NCBI GenBank assembly: GCA_035299385.1
Contig: DATGWQ010000075.1
Coordinates: 11,633 to 75,632, forward strand
DNA length: 64,000 bases
Source of the DNA: Bacteroidales bacterium
Lineage (GTDB): Bacteria; Bacteroidota; Bacteroidia; Bacteroidales; VadinHA17
Direction: 5' to 3'
Below, in pieces: positions 10,255 through 19,890 of this stretch. The notes beneath the pieces are model-generated. The model searched no databases. It was given only the letters and a program-made list of their open reading frames with translations, and was not told the DNA's origin. The first letter of the stretch is position 1, and each line of letters starts with the position of its first letter. The position numbers and the translations under genes are program-made.

Positions 10255-11010
10255 TTATTTCTTCCTGGCTGGTTTTGCAACAGGTTTGCCCAGCTGCCTT
10301 GCGGGAGCCTTCTTCAGTGGCTTGACTGCTATCTCTTTAAAGAAGACCACATCCTTGTCGCTGTGATTCTGCACACCCATATAGCCTGCATTGGGCCTCG
10401 GCCCCCTCTGAGGTTCGAAATCGAATTTCCTGTCGGGGACAGGATCACCTTCTTTGTAATCGGTGACTTTTTCGCCATTCACATAGACAATGGTACGCGG
10501 ACCATCGAGCGTTATCTCAAAGGTGTTCCACTCCGGTCCGGGCTTCCCGTTTTTGACAAGCGGCTTAGTGAGCGAATAGATAGTTCCCGTGTAATGATAT
10601 TCATCCTCATCGGACAATTCGGGCTTATTATCGATCTGTATCTCATAGCCATAATGCACAGGCATCCATTCTTCGCGGGGTTCGACGGGGATACGCACGA
10701 AAACTCCTGAATTGCTGTTTTCATCCCTCATCCTCCACACTATCCTGAAGGTGCAATCGCCGAATTTCTCGGCTGTCCAGTACAGCAGTCCCATGCCACC
10801 CGTGGATTTCAGCAACCCGTCTTCAACATAATGAGTACCGGGTCCCGCCTGCTTCCAGCCCTTAAGGTCCTTGCCATTGAAGAGCTGCCTCCATTCACCA
10901 TCGCTTTTTCCCTGTCCTGATGCCGCAAAACAGATCAGAAACATAAAACCGAGCGTTGTAATGCGGTTCCATGTCAATGTTCCGCGACTGCTTTCATTTT
11001 TCGTTTTCAT
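10255..11010 (-). CDS. DUF1080 (3-keto-disaccharide hydrolase-like, concanavalin-type) secreted protein
   Basis: 251-aa ORF with signal peptide. WRQLFNGKDLKGWKQ.., NSGVFVRIP, YEIQIDN and GYMGVQNH..VFFKEI are characteristic of DUF1080. Lys/Pro-rich basic tail. Confidence 0.75.
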   Translation of the reverse strand: MKTKNESSRGTLTWNRITTLGFMFLICFAASGQGKSDGEWRQLFNGKDLKGWKQAGPGTHYVEDGLLKSTGGMGLLYWTAEKFGDCTFRIVWRMRDENSNSGVFVRIPVEPREEWMPVHYGYEIQIDNKPELSDEDEYHYTGTIYSLTKPLVKNGKPGPEWNTFEITLDGPRTIVYVNGEKVTDYKEGDPVPDRKFDFEPQRGPRPNAGYMGVQNHSDKDVVFFKEIAVKPLKKAPARQLGKPVAKPARKK

Positions 11011-11020
11011 GATATAATTC

Positions 11021-12265
11021 TTAAGTGTTAATATTATTTTTTATCGTAGCGTTCTGAATCAAAGGTTTTGCCTTATAACTTACTATCAGCACATAAATCA
11101 AAGGGATGTACAGAACAAGCATCCCCGGCCTCAGTCCGATCATATCCTTCAATTTGCCTATCAGAAGTGAAAACACAGCCCCTCCTGCAATTGCCGTGCA
11201 TAGTATTCCTGAAAAGGATCCGTGAAACCTTTCGATGCTGTTGAGCGCCAATGAGAATATTATACCGTACATTACAGAAAGGCAGAATCCCAGTGCCGGG
11301 AAACCTATCAGTGCCGTCTGCCTGTTGCCGAACAAGGTTATTCCGAGGATCAGAAAAGCAGAAAAAGTAAAGATCCTTAAAACAATCTTGCTGTCGATTA
11401 TCCTAAGCAGGAATAAGCCCGGAATACATCCGACTGTCATCATGCCCCAGAAAAGGCCAACGGTGGCAGCTCCCCTGGTTTCGGGAACAAGCCCGTGATA
11501 GGTCCTCAGGAATTCGGATATCCAGTTTGCAATGCCCTGTTCCAGTGCGACATATGAAAATATGCCGAAGAAAAAAAAGATTACCACTCCCCTTCTGAAA
11601 AGATCCGCATGCGTCTTCCATGGCCCGACTATCTCATCCTCTTTACGGGTAACGGAGGGGAATCTGACTGATGCAACAACAATTACCAGGAGAATGCTTA
11701 TCAGAACAAAAAGAAGATACATGGAAACCCATGGCATTTGTTCCGGTACACCGCCAGATATTATATTGAATATTCCATTTTTATTACCTGAAGCAAGATT
11801 CGTTACCAGCCAAGAATAGACGAACGGGCTGATGAATGATGCAAGGCCGAAAACCAGCTGCACTATGAGGTTATTGAAAGCAAAATGCCGCTCCCCGCCT
11901 GTTACCCGCAGGAGCGGAAAAAGCGCCACCTGCAGCATGGCCATGCCGCTACCGATCAGGAACAGGGAAAAAAGGAATACCGGGAAGACGGGTCTAAGAG
12001 AGAAAAGAAGTGAACCTGCAAATGCGAGGATCCATGCCCCCGTAAGGCTCTTCCTTTCACCGAACCTCTGCACTATCATTCCTGAAGGAATTGACATCAG
12101 TGCATAAGCTATGAAGAATGAGAAAGGCAGAAGGCCTGTCATGGTCCCGGTGAGATTGAAGCTGTCGCTTACGTTCGGATTGATCGATCCGAGAATATTC
12201 GTAAGGAACGAAATGGCAAAAAATATCAAAAATATAAGCGAGACAAGAAAATATCTTTTTTCCAT
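11021..12265 (-). CDS. MFS sugar transporter (FucP / glucose-galactose transporter-like)
   Basis: 414-aa ORF, about 12 hydrophobic segments. N-terminal FFAISFLTNILGSINPNV..LLPFSFFIAYALMSIPSGMIVQRFGERK resembles the FucP/GluP family. Confidence 0.8.
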   Translation of the reverse strand: MEKRYFLVSLIFLIFFAISFLTNILGSINPNVSDSFNLTGTMTGLLPFSFFIAYALMSIPSGMIVQRFGERKSLTGAWILAFAGSLLFSLRPVFPVFLFSLFLIGSGMAMLQVALFPLLRVTGGERHFAFNNLIVQLVFGLASFISPFVYSWLVTNLASGNKNGIFNIISGGVPEQMPWVSMYLLFVLISILLVIVVASVRFPSVTRKEDEIVGPWKTHADLFRRGVVIFFFFGIFSYVALEQGIANWISEFLRTYHGLVPETRGAATVGLFWGMMTVGCIPGLFLLRIIDSKIVLRIFTFSAFLILGITLFGNRQTALIGFPALGFCLSVMYGIIFSLALNSIERFHGSFSGILCTAIAGGAVFSLLIGKLKDMIGLRPGMLVLYIPLIYVLIVSYKAKPLIQNATIKNNINT

Positions 12266-12389
12266 GAGATTCTCTGCCTTTTTTGAATGAAAAACAGGAT
12301 TAACTGCCTATGACCTATTGATTTATAAAGTTAATCAATTTTAAGGCATCATGAGCATTTTTTTGAATAACTTGCGAAAAACTTGAATA

Positions 12390-12866
12390 ATGGAGCAGAT
12401 GTATTTTCCATTGGGGAGCAATGATGATAACAGGTTTGTGAAAATAATCAGGATCCTGTTCGGTTTTGCATGTATTGCCATGGCCGTCTACTGGGGACTT
12501 TTCAACATGAGGTCAGATGAGGCACGAAAGGCAATGTGGGCGACCATCATCTTCATGCTGGGGTTTGGTTTATACCAGGTATGGGCAGGTCTCGGAAAAA
12601 CAAGCCGTTTCATTATAATCGGCAACGATTTTATCAGGATGAAACAGCATTCCCTTATTCATCCTCAGACTTTTCATTCAGATGATCTCAGCAAAATTGA
12701 AATTCATCCTCTCAGCATAATTTTCTTCTTCAAAAGGGGAAAAAAAACAATCCTCAGGCTTGGTGCAATCAATTACGAGACAAACGAGGACATCGCTAAC
12801 AGCATAGCATCGTTCTGCGAGAGCAGCAATATCCCTTACGAGGTGAAGGAGGAAAAAATATTCTGA
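12390..12866 (+). CDS. Hypothetical small membrane protein (two TM helices plus soluble C-terminal domain)
   Basis: 158-aa ORF in a clean intergenic slot. Two hydrophobic helices (ILFGFACIAMAVYWGLF, ATIIFMLGFGLYQVWAGL). No catalytic motif. Confidence 0.5.
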   Translation: MEQMYFPLGSNDDNRFVKIIRILFGFACIAMAVYWGLFNMRSDEARKAMWATIIFMLGFGLYQVWAGLGKTSRFIIIGNDFIRMKQHSLIHPQTFHSDDLSKIEIHPLSIIFFFKRGKKTILRLGAINYETNEDIANSIASFCESSNIPYEVKEEKIF

Positions 12867-12872
12867 TAAAAC

Positions 12873-12918
12873 GTAGAGACAAGGCATGCCTTGTCTCTAA
12901 CGCATGCCTTGTCTCTAC
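12873..12918. terminator. Bidirectional terminator-like structure with alternative hairpins between convergent genes
   Basis: Perfect 24-nt palindrome AGAGACAAGGCATGCCTTGTCTCT (12875-12898). A third copy of the right arm, GCATGCCTTGTCTCTAC (12902-12918), follows and can also pair with the first arm. The structure overlaps the stop of the minus-strand gene. Confidence 0.6.
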
Positions 12919-13928
12919 AGGGTCAATATTTTTTCCCATATATCTTTTTTTACGGGAATTCCGTTCTTTTGATTATCCTCCCGTATCGATGCGATGTTTT
13001 CGCCCGGATACCTCACCTTTGATCCTTTTGCTGGAACCGACCTGTGGAGATTATTGATGATCCTTTTAATTGTTCCCTGGTAAGTTGCAGAATTACTTAG
13101 CTTTGAAGGATCTATGGCGATGAAAACCTGAGAAATCTTCGTCTCTGAAATGCACGATTTCACTTCATGGGTCGACAGTCCGCCGGATAAGACAGCTGCC
13201 AGGATATCGAGCATCAAAGACAATCCCGAACCTTTCCAGAATCCGGTGGGAAGTATTCTCCAAGATTCAAGTATTTCCACAGGATCCGATGTAAGCTCGC
13301 CGGATTTGCTGTAACCACCTGGATAAGGGAGCTTTTTACCCGCATCACGGTACGATTCCAGCTTTCCATAAGAAAACTGGGACATTGCAAAATCAAAAAC
13401 GATCGCATCATTTCCATACGGAACTGCAATGACCATGGGATTATTCCCAAGTCGTGGATCAGCAGCTCCCCATGCCGGCATATTGGGGCATGTGTTGGTC
13501 CAGCAGATAAAAATGAATCCCTTTCTTGCAGCCTGCCAGCCATATGTTCCTGCTCTCATCCAGTGATTTGTGTTTGCGAGCGCAACCAGCCCGATTGTAC
13601 TTTCAGCCGCAAGCGCTGTAGCCCTGTTAGTCGCAAAAGCGGCGTTGAGCGGTCCGGGGCCTCTGTTTCCGTCCCATTGCTCGACATGACCGGTCTTATG
13701 GACCAGGGTTGGGAAATTTGCCGGGATAACATAGCCTTCGCGTATATTCTTAACAAACCTTGGAAACCTGTTTACCCCATGGGAGTACACGCCTTCGAGG
13801 CTGTTGTCGAGGAATATTTCAGCGCATTGGATGGCTTTTTCACGTGTGAAGCCATGCGAAAGAAGAATCCTTTCAAATTCGGATCTCATCTTTCCGGAGT
13901 CAATCCTGGTATAATCATCATTATTCAT
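12915..13928 (-). CDS. Ldh_2 family (malate/L-lactate/2,3-diketo-L-gulonate reductase-type) NAD(P)H oxidoreductase
   Basis: 337-aa ORF. SHGVNRFPRFV, NTNHWMRAGTYGW, GNNPMVIAVP and FDFAMSQFSYGKLE match type-2 malate/lactate dehydrogenase family features. Confidence 0.75.
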   Translation of the reverse strand: MNNDDYTRIDSGKMRSEFERILLSHGFTREKAIQCAEIFLDNSLEGVYSHGVNRFPRFVKNIREGYVIPANFPTLVHKTGHVEQWDGNRGPGPLNAAFATNRATALAAESTIGLVALANTNHWMRAGTYGWQAARKGFIFICWTNTCPNMPAWGAADPRLGNNPMVIAVPYGNDAIVFDFAMSQFSYGKLESYRDAGKKLPYPGGYSKSGELTSDPVEILESWRILPTGFWKGSGLSLMLDILAAVLSGGLSTHEVKSCISETKISQVFIAIDPSKLSNSATYQGTIKRIINNLHRSVPAKGSKVRYPGENIASIREDNQKNGIPVKKDIWEKILTL

Positions 13929-13948
13929 AGATTCAGATCATATGATAT

Positions 13949-16900
13949 TTATTTCCAAACCCTGTCAGCAAAATCCATAAACCGATTCCAGTCCTTAAGA
14001 AGCAGGTTATGGCCACCATCGCGGACATGAAATCCGACATTCCCGCTTATCACCTGGCTGTTCAAAGGAGGCATTACTGAAGAAATAGAGGATTTTTTAC
14101 CAAGAAAGTTAAATACCGGGACGGCATTGCAAAGTGAAATGTAAGAACCTTTCGGGTCTCCCCACAGGTCATCTGATGCACATGCTACATACAAAGGACG
14201 CGGGGCGGAAAGAGCCAGGAGCATGTGCATGTCTACGGGAAGTGCATTCTCATTCCCGCTGTACTTCCTGTAATTAGTACAAAACCAGTGCGGAAAGGAT
14301 TTATTTATTCTTTCGATGGTCTCTCCATAGCATCTTCTCGCAATTGCAGCTCCGGTGCAGCCCGACTCGTTCGAGATGACCATCCCGAACCTTGTATCCT
14401 CAGCCCCTGCCCACAAGGCTGTTTTCCCTCCTCTCGAATGACCAACAACAGCAACCTTTGCCGGATCTATTTTATTATCGGTGACCAGGTAATCGAGGCA
14501 CCTGCTGGCACCCCAGGCCCAGGCAGAAATAGTTCCCCACGACTCGCCATCACGGTTTTCGTCCAGCACGCCATGGATGCCATTTTTAAAATCGTCGAAA
14601 CTGTCGGGGTCCACATCCGAATTGTTGAAAGCTGCTATGGCATAACCTCTCGCAATGACCTCTTCAGCCGGCCAGAACTCGCTTTTTTGATTCCGTGTCG
14701 GATCTGTATTTGTCTTCGCCCGGTTATTGATGAGGAGAAATGCAGGAACAGGCTTCTTTACTTTATTGGGTGTGAATAGTGAAAGATGAATTACAAGCGA
14801 CCGGTCCTCACGGCTGATCTCCACTTCAACCTGCCTGAGAGTAGCTGCGCCTCCCATGGCGTTTTCATCAGTGTTGACAATTCTGAAGGTTTCCTTGTAC
14901 CTGGTTGAAGGCACTCTCCCGAATACTTCTGAGCGGAACAGGTCGATGATCTCATTCCTCCTTGAATCCCAACCCGCCGTACTTATTGGCTTCCCATTTT
15001 TCCCGGCAAGCGGATCCGGCAAAGTGTATGAAGGCACATTTTCTTCATAATAGTTTATCTCCGGCCTCTCTGCCGACAGTTTCTTCGCCAATAAAGCAGA
15101 AGCTTCCCAGCCTTGTTCCTGGGGTTGTTCACTAATAACCCCGTTGTGTACCTCAGGAATAGTGAAAAATATGCCTCCCCTGGTTTTGTTCACGGGAACC
15201 GTCAGCTGCTTTCCTGACTCCATTAGATATAATTTTTTGTACCTGAACGGAAGGGTGATCTTAACCGGCTGATTTGAATTTATTATCAATTCCTTCCCTT
15301 TTATCTGAAGGTTTGCTGATCCGCTGTCAACATCTGATTGAATGGAATAACCGCCAAAATTTATCTCTTTGCCTTTACCGAGATAGAGTGAGCTCAGCTT
15401 ATTGTTTTTTATATCCGCAACACCGAAATAGCCTGTTATGGAACCGCCTGCTGCTGTAAAGGTCTTCGCTGGTGAAACAGACTGGTAGATGATCTGTACG
15501 GAATTGTTTTTCCCGGTAACTTTCAGTGCGGTGAATTCTTTGCCGTCTTTTCGTTTTTCGACGTTTATTCTCTCGATTGAATAGCCTTTTTCACCACTGA
15601 AGGGCTCAAACACGACAATAAACGGTTTGCTTTCAGATTCGGCGTTATCGATCATGGTAAAGACGGGCAGCTTGTCATCGGAATAATTCCAGGCTGCCGT
15701 TTCGGCTTTCAATGACCGGGCCTGGTAATAAGTGCGGTTCTCCTTTGCCGGGATAAGAAGCTGCATGTTTACCGGTTCCGACTTCGCATTTTTCCCACGG
15801 AATACAGCTATCAGGCTGTTGTTCCATTTCTCAACCTTCCTGACATCAGAATAGAACCGAAAGCCGGGAATATCCTTCCCCACAAGCGGGTATTCTGCCG
15901 GTGAAGATGATACCGGTTCCCTCCTCTCATTCAAAAAAATAAGCTCATCGCCCAGATTATGGTAAACGTAATCATTTCTGCTCGGGTTGTCAGATCTGTA
16001 AATATCAACATAATACCCGCTTGTATCTGAGGTTCTTATAAGTGCAAGAGTCCGGGATTGTTTTGTTCCTGTGGATTGCTCGTTGTAGCGTGTGTCGGTG
16101 AAGGAAAAAGCAGGCGACACAGCATTCCTGCCCGGCATAGGCTCCATCGCTGCAAGCGCGATCTCACCGATATTTTTTCTGCCGGCACTTCCTGAAACAG
16201 GCACTGAACCGGATGATCCTTCAGCTACAACAGTATTATGGGCAGCCCACTGGCTGTAATAATTAACATGAAGCGGGTGCTCGTAAGTGGGGCCTTTCCC
16301 CGCATCGATGCCAAGAACCGTACCTCTGCCATACAGCTCCATGGCCATCCCGTTGCAGTGATTATGGTTATAACTTGCACCCTGCACCGAATACATAAGG
16401 CCATTCACCGGATCCATGCCATTGCGCTGCAGGAAGAATTTTGCAAAATCAAGAGTGCCGCTCCTGGGCCATGAGTAGGATGACTTTACCACAGGGAGTT
16501 CGCCGGGGAAGCAAAGCAATCCGATGTAACCCGAGTTTTCGCGTTCATACCGTCCCCCCGAAATAAGCTTTGTCAGAGATGCGATCATCTCGGGTAATTC
16601 AGGCTGATTATAGGTGATGGCTCCGAGTATCCCGGTTTCAAGCGAACGTGCATCCTGAAGGGCTCTTCCGGTATCACCAAATGCTGATACGGTAAGATCG
16701 GGGAATGAGTATTTCAGCATAGCATACGAGGCCCTGAACAAGGCAGGAAATTTCCGGAATACATCATACCCGTTCTTTTCAAGGGCCATGGCAGCAGTGA
16801 GCAGGTTTGAAACAGGGAAGTTGTGATATCCTCCCGGCTCTTTCCAGTGACCGTCGGGAGTAAGCCATTTTTCAACAGTCGAAGGTAAGGCCAACTGCCC

Positions 16901-17836
16901 GCATGCACCGTTTATTGTGTCTTTTGAAAGATAGTACTGCAGATAGTATTCCCTTTTCACTGGGTTTTCCAGGCTCAGGCAGGCATAGACGAACGTCGAG
17001 CTTTCGGCCGCATACCAGTTGTTGTTCCAGAACCCCCTGAATGCTAGTGTGGATGCGATTTTCTCAAACACACTTTCATAATATGACAGGTCATAGCCTT
17101 TACCCTGCATGTAGTCGTGAAGGAAATCATATGCGAGAATAAGTCCCGAATACTGGGACTCCCCAAGGGTTTGCATGTTCAGAAACCCTGTCCTGCAGGG
17201 ACCGATAATCGGTTCCATATAGTAAGCCCCTTTCACCCATTGATCGAGAATATCTGCAGCAAACTTTGCATATTTTTCATCACCCTTCATCCAGTACACA
17301 ATGGCTGACTGCAATGCAAGCTGGTTTATCCTGCTGTTGATATCGCCTGTAAAGGATTGCGGATCTATCCACTCTTTCTGCTTTGTCTCACTGTTATAAA
17401 GGTACATGAGCCTCGATGTATCATACGGAACAATCTCCTCGAGAGCCGGTCTCCTGTAGGAAGCCCCGGATGCAGTAACAGGCACCCTGATGTGCGATCC
17501 CACCCTTACCGTCGGAACAGGTGCATCCCCTTCGTACCTGGTGACCTTCAGTCCTCCTGCATCCGAAAATACTTTCGTGTATCGTTTGCCGGGAACACGG
17601 TTCATCTGGTACCTGCTAAGTATCCACTCAGGATCAGAAACATGCCTTTCGACATAAGGCGTTACCTCCTCAGACATCCCCGACCATATGCTTTTTGCCC
17701 ATGCTTGTTCGCGGATCTTTTCATCTATTGCAGCTCTGTCTCGGTCATTTACAAGAATATGCGGCCTTGTCACCTGTGCCCTGCTGTTCACGGCGAAAGA
17801 GCTGAATGCAATCAGGATAATCAGTATTCTTTTCAT
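13949..17836 (-). CDS. Secreted fusion protein: heparinase-II/III-like polysaccharide lyase region plus C-terminal CE15-type glucuronoyl esterase domain
   Basis: 1295-aa ORF with signal peptide. The N-terminal about 550 aa look like an alpha/alpha-toroid lyase (DILDQWV.., NNNWYAAES, HWKEPGGYHNFP, NHNHCNGMAMELY). A beta-rich middle follows. The C-terminal about 400 aa carry CE15 hallmarks (PSYTLPDPL, VVGHSRGGKTALWAGAEDTRF nucleophile elbow, DDLWGDPKG, GGHN). Confidence 0.8.
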   Translation of the reverse strand: MKRILIILIAFSSFAVNSRAQVTRPHILVNDRDRAAIDEKIREQAWAKSIWSGMSEEVTPYVERHVSDPEWILSRYQMNRVPGKRYTKVFSDAGGLKVTRYEGDAPVPTVRVGSHIRVPVTASGASYRRPALEEIVPYDTSRLMYLYNSETKQKEWIDPQSFTGDINSRINQLALQSAIVYWMKGDEKYAKFAADILDQWVKGAYYMEPIIGPCRTGFLNMQTLGESQYSGLILAYDFLHDYMQGKGYDLSYYESVFEKIASTLAFRGFWNNNWYAAESSTFVYACLSLENPVKREYYLQYYLSKDTINGACGQLALPSTVEKWLTPDGHWKEPGGYHNFPVSNLLTAAMALEKNGYDVFRKFPALFRASYAMLKYSFPDLTVSAFGDTGRALQDARSLETGILGAITYNQPELPEMIASLTKLISGGRYERENSGYIGLLCFPGELPVVKSSYSWPRSGTLDFAKFFLQRNGMDPVNGLMYSVQGASYNHNHCNGMAMELYGRGTVLGIDAGKGPTYEHPLHVNYYSQWAAHNTVVAEGSSGSVPVSGSAGRKNIGEIALAAMEPMPGRNAVSPAFSFTDTRYNEQSTGTKQSRTLALIRTSDTSGYYVDIYRSDNPSRNDYVYHNLGDELIFLNERREPVSSSPAEYPLVGKDIPGFRFYSDVRKVEKWNNSLIAVFRGKNAKSEPVNMQLLIPAKENRTYYQARSLKAETAAWNYSDDKLPVFTMIDNAESESKPFIVVFEPFSGEKGYSIERINVEKRKDGKEFTALKVTGKNNSVQIIYQSVSPAKTFTAAGGSITGYFGVADIKNNKLSSLYLGKGKEINFGGYSIQSDVDSGSANLQIKGKELIINSNQPVKITLPFRYKKLYLMESGKQLTVPVNKTRGGIFFTIPEVHNGVISEQPQEQGWEASALLAKKLSAERPEINYYEENVPSYTLPDPLAGKNGKPISTAGWDSRRNEIIDLFRSEVFGRVPSTRYKETFRIVNTDENAMGGAATLRQVEVEISREDRSLVIHLSLFTPNKVKKPVPAFLLINNRAKTNTDPTRNQKSEFWPAEEVIARGYAIAAFNNSDVDPDSFDDFKNGIHGVLDENRDGESWGTISAWAWGASRCLDYLVTDNKIDPAKVAVVGHSRGGKTALWAGAEDTRFGMVISNESGCTGAAIARRCYGETIERINKSFPHWFCTNYRKYSGNENALPVDMHMLLALSAPRPLYVACASDDLWGDPKGSYISLCNAVPVFNFLGKKSSISSVMPPLNSQVISGNVGFHVRDGGHNLLLKDWNRFMDFADRVWK

Positions 17837-17869
17837 AGTATCATAATGGTTGTTCTTTCAGGTTAATTT

Positions 17870-19756
17870 TTACCAGCTTGCCAGTGGGTATACCGGGGCT
17901 GAATATGAACTTTCACCAGACCAGTCGGGGGACAGCATAAGGACCATCCTTACCTGTCCAGTTCTGCCGGCAAGAAGGACTTCGAGCCTTTTTACGCCGG
18001 CATTGGTTTTCTGAGGCGGGGCCTGCTCAGCCGTGGAAACCGTAAAGGAAGCATCGGGCGGATCCAGTATCTTTGCGGTAAGAGTCTTTCCATTCAGGGT
18101 TAACCTGGCTTTTTGTGAAGTGACAAGGGTTATGGATGCATCGGTCGTGATGCCGCTCATCACATTGCATGCTTTTGAAAGTGTGAACTCATCCTGGATT
18201 ATCACTGACTTTTTCCCGTCCACCACCTTCACCCCTCTTTTTGCTGATGATGCATAATCCTTATAAGCCTCGGTAAGATCGATTATTCCAAACGGCTCAG
18301 CCACATCAACGGAAGTTGAAATAAAATGCGAGGTGGCATAGATGTTCTGGTTAGCCCCACCGAGAACCGGTACGTTATGGCTTAATGAACTTATCCTGTA
18401 ATAGGTCCATCTTTTGCCGGTCGTTCCCGTACTGAAGTACCCGGGCAGATTATAATCATCAGAACCAAGATCTCTTACCCATCTCTCGCCAAGTGCATCA
18501 AATTCGAAATTGCCAATATCGAGATGAGCATGATTCGCCTGGTTATATCCTGCCTTCACGCCGATAAAAAGAGCATTCGTATTGTTCCATTCGCTTCTTG
18601 AACAGAACAATGACACTTTCCCGTTCAGAAACATGTCGGTCTTTGCGGTAAAAGCAGTTGAAGGAAAAGGCCTGTACCATATTATGTGCCACACATCGGG
18701 AGACCTGGATGATAATTGGTTTTCCACAAAATCTGAAAAGACAGGATTGGTATATGCATTTGCCAGCCACATCAGTTCCGAGGGAGCACCAAGCTTCGAT
18801 CGTTCTCCGGCGTCGGCATAATTTAGCAGGTACCCGGCTGGCCCGGCAGTATATAATGGAAAATATCCTGTTTCTGACATGCCTTCATAATCAGTAAGGC
18901 CGAATGTGCTTCCCAATGCCGTTTTAAGTGCCCATACAGCATAAGCCGTATAGCTTGTTGCATAGCCCCAGTAGCCCGGACCCTCCGGCCACACTCCGTC
19001 CGGCGCATAACTTGCAAGGGCGTAATGCAGATTATCTATTGACTTCGGAACCATCGACAGAGCATAAGTTGAATCTGATTCGGCAACAGCCAGGGCTCCG
19101 ATGAGAAGTCCCCCGTTGCAAACCTGGTTCCAGTTATGATCGACAGTTCTCCACCAGTTGTAAGGATATGATGTAAAATAAGCTTTCCTGCCTTCTTCAA
19201 GACCAAGCTTAATAAGGCCCGCCCTGATAAATTCTCTTGATTCGGAATCCATGTCATTATAAAGCCAGTCGTATCCGATTGCCACAGCATGCGTCATTTC
19301 AGCAACATCGAGGAAATGTGAAGGGTTCCAGTCTGCAAAGCTGCATACAGTTTTCATATTGTTCACGGCAGATACCAAATATTTCTCATTGCGGGTCCAC
19401 CTGTATGCGAAAGAAAGATTGTAGATGCGCCTTAGCGCTTCCCTGCTTTTATCAAGTAGCCTGGGCCCGATAAGGACATGTTCGATTGGCGGCTTGGGTA
19501 TTTCACTGTCTGCCTTCGATGTGATCTTACTGATATAAGAGGCCAACCGTGAATCGGACTTGATCATCGTTTTCAATTCATCCAGCCGTGAATCATTAAG
19601 CAGAAGCCTTGGATGATCCGTGCGCAATGTTTTCAGGATACCGGAGAAATGAGTTTCCGGTTCCTCCTCCTCATTAATCTCTTTCCTGCATGAACATGTT
19701 GTTGCAAGCAATACAAGGATTATAAGGCAAAGATGATCTTTAAGATTCTTCTCCAA
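17870..19756 (-). CDS. Heparinase II/III-family polysaccharide lyase-like lipoprotein
   Basis: 628-aa ORF, lipoprotein-type N-terminus (LLATTCSC). HNWNQVCNGGLLIGALAV, GPGYWGYATSY and NHAHLDIGNFEFDALGERW resemble the heparinase II/III N- and C-domains. Confidence 0.8.
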   Translation of the reverse strand: MEKNLKDHLCLIILVLLATTCSCRKEINEEEEPETHFSGILKTLRTDHPRLLLNDSRLDELKTMIKSDSRLASYISKITSKADSEIPKPPIEHVLIGPRLLDKSREALRRIYNLSFAYRWTRNEKYLVSAVNNMKTVCSFADWNPSHFLDVAEMTHAVAIGYDWLYNDMDSESREFIRAGLIKLGLEEGRKAYFTSYPYNWWRTVDHNWNQVCNGGLLIGALAVAESDSTYALSMVPKSIDNLHYALASYAPDGVWPEGPGYWGYATSYTAYAVWALKTALGSTFGLTDYEGMSETGYFPLYTAGPAGYLLNYADAGERSKLGAPSELMWLANAYTNPVFSDFVENQLSSRSPDVWHIIWYRPFPSTAFTAKTDMFLNGKVSLFCSRSEWNNTNALFIGVKAGYNQANHAHLDIGNFEFDALGERWVRDLGSDDYNLPGYFSTGTTGKRWTYYRISSLSHNVPVLGGANQNIYATSHFISTSVDVAEPFGIIDLTEAYKDYASSAKRGVKVVDGKKSVIIQDEFTLSKACNVMSGITTDASITLVTSQKARLTLNGKTLTAKILDPPDASFTVSTAEQAPPQKTNAGVKRLEVLLAGRTGQVRMVLMLSPDWSGESSYSAPVYPLASW

Positions 19757-19890
19757 ATTTTCAGGATTAGAAATTCTTTCACCAATATACTTTGTTTTCG
19801 GTTAAAACCTAATGGGACCTATTTTTAAATGCCGGATGAACTTTAACGGCAATCGCCGGTTTAGCCTGAAAAGACTAACTTTATCCTGTA

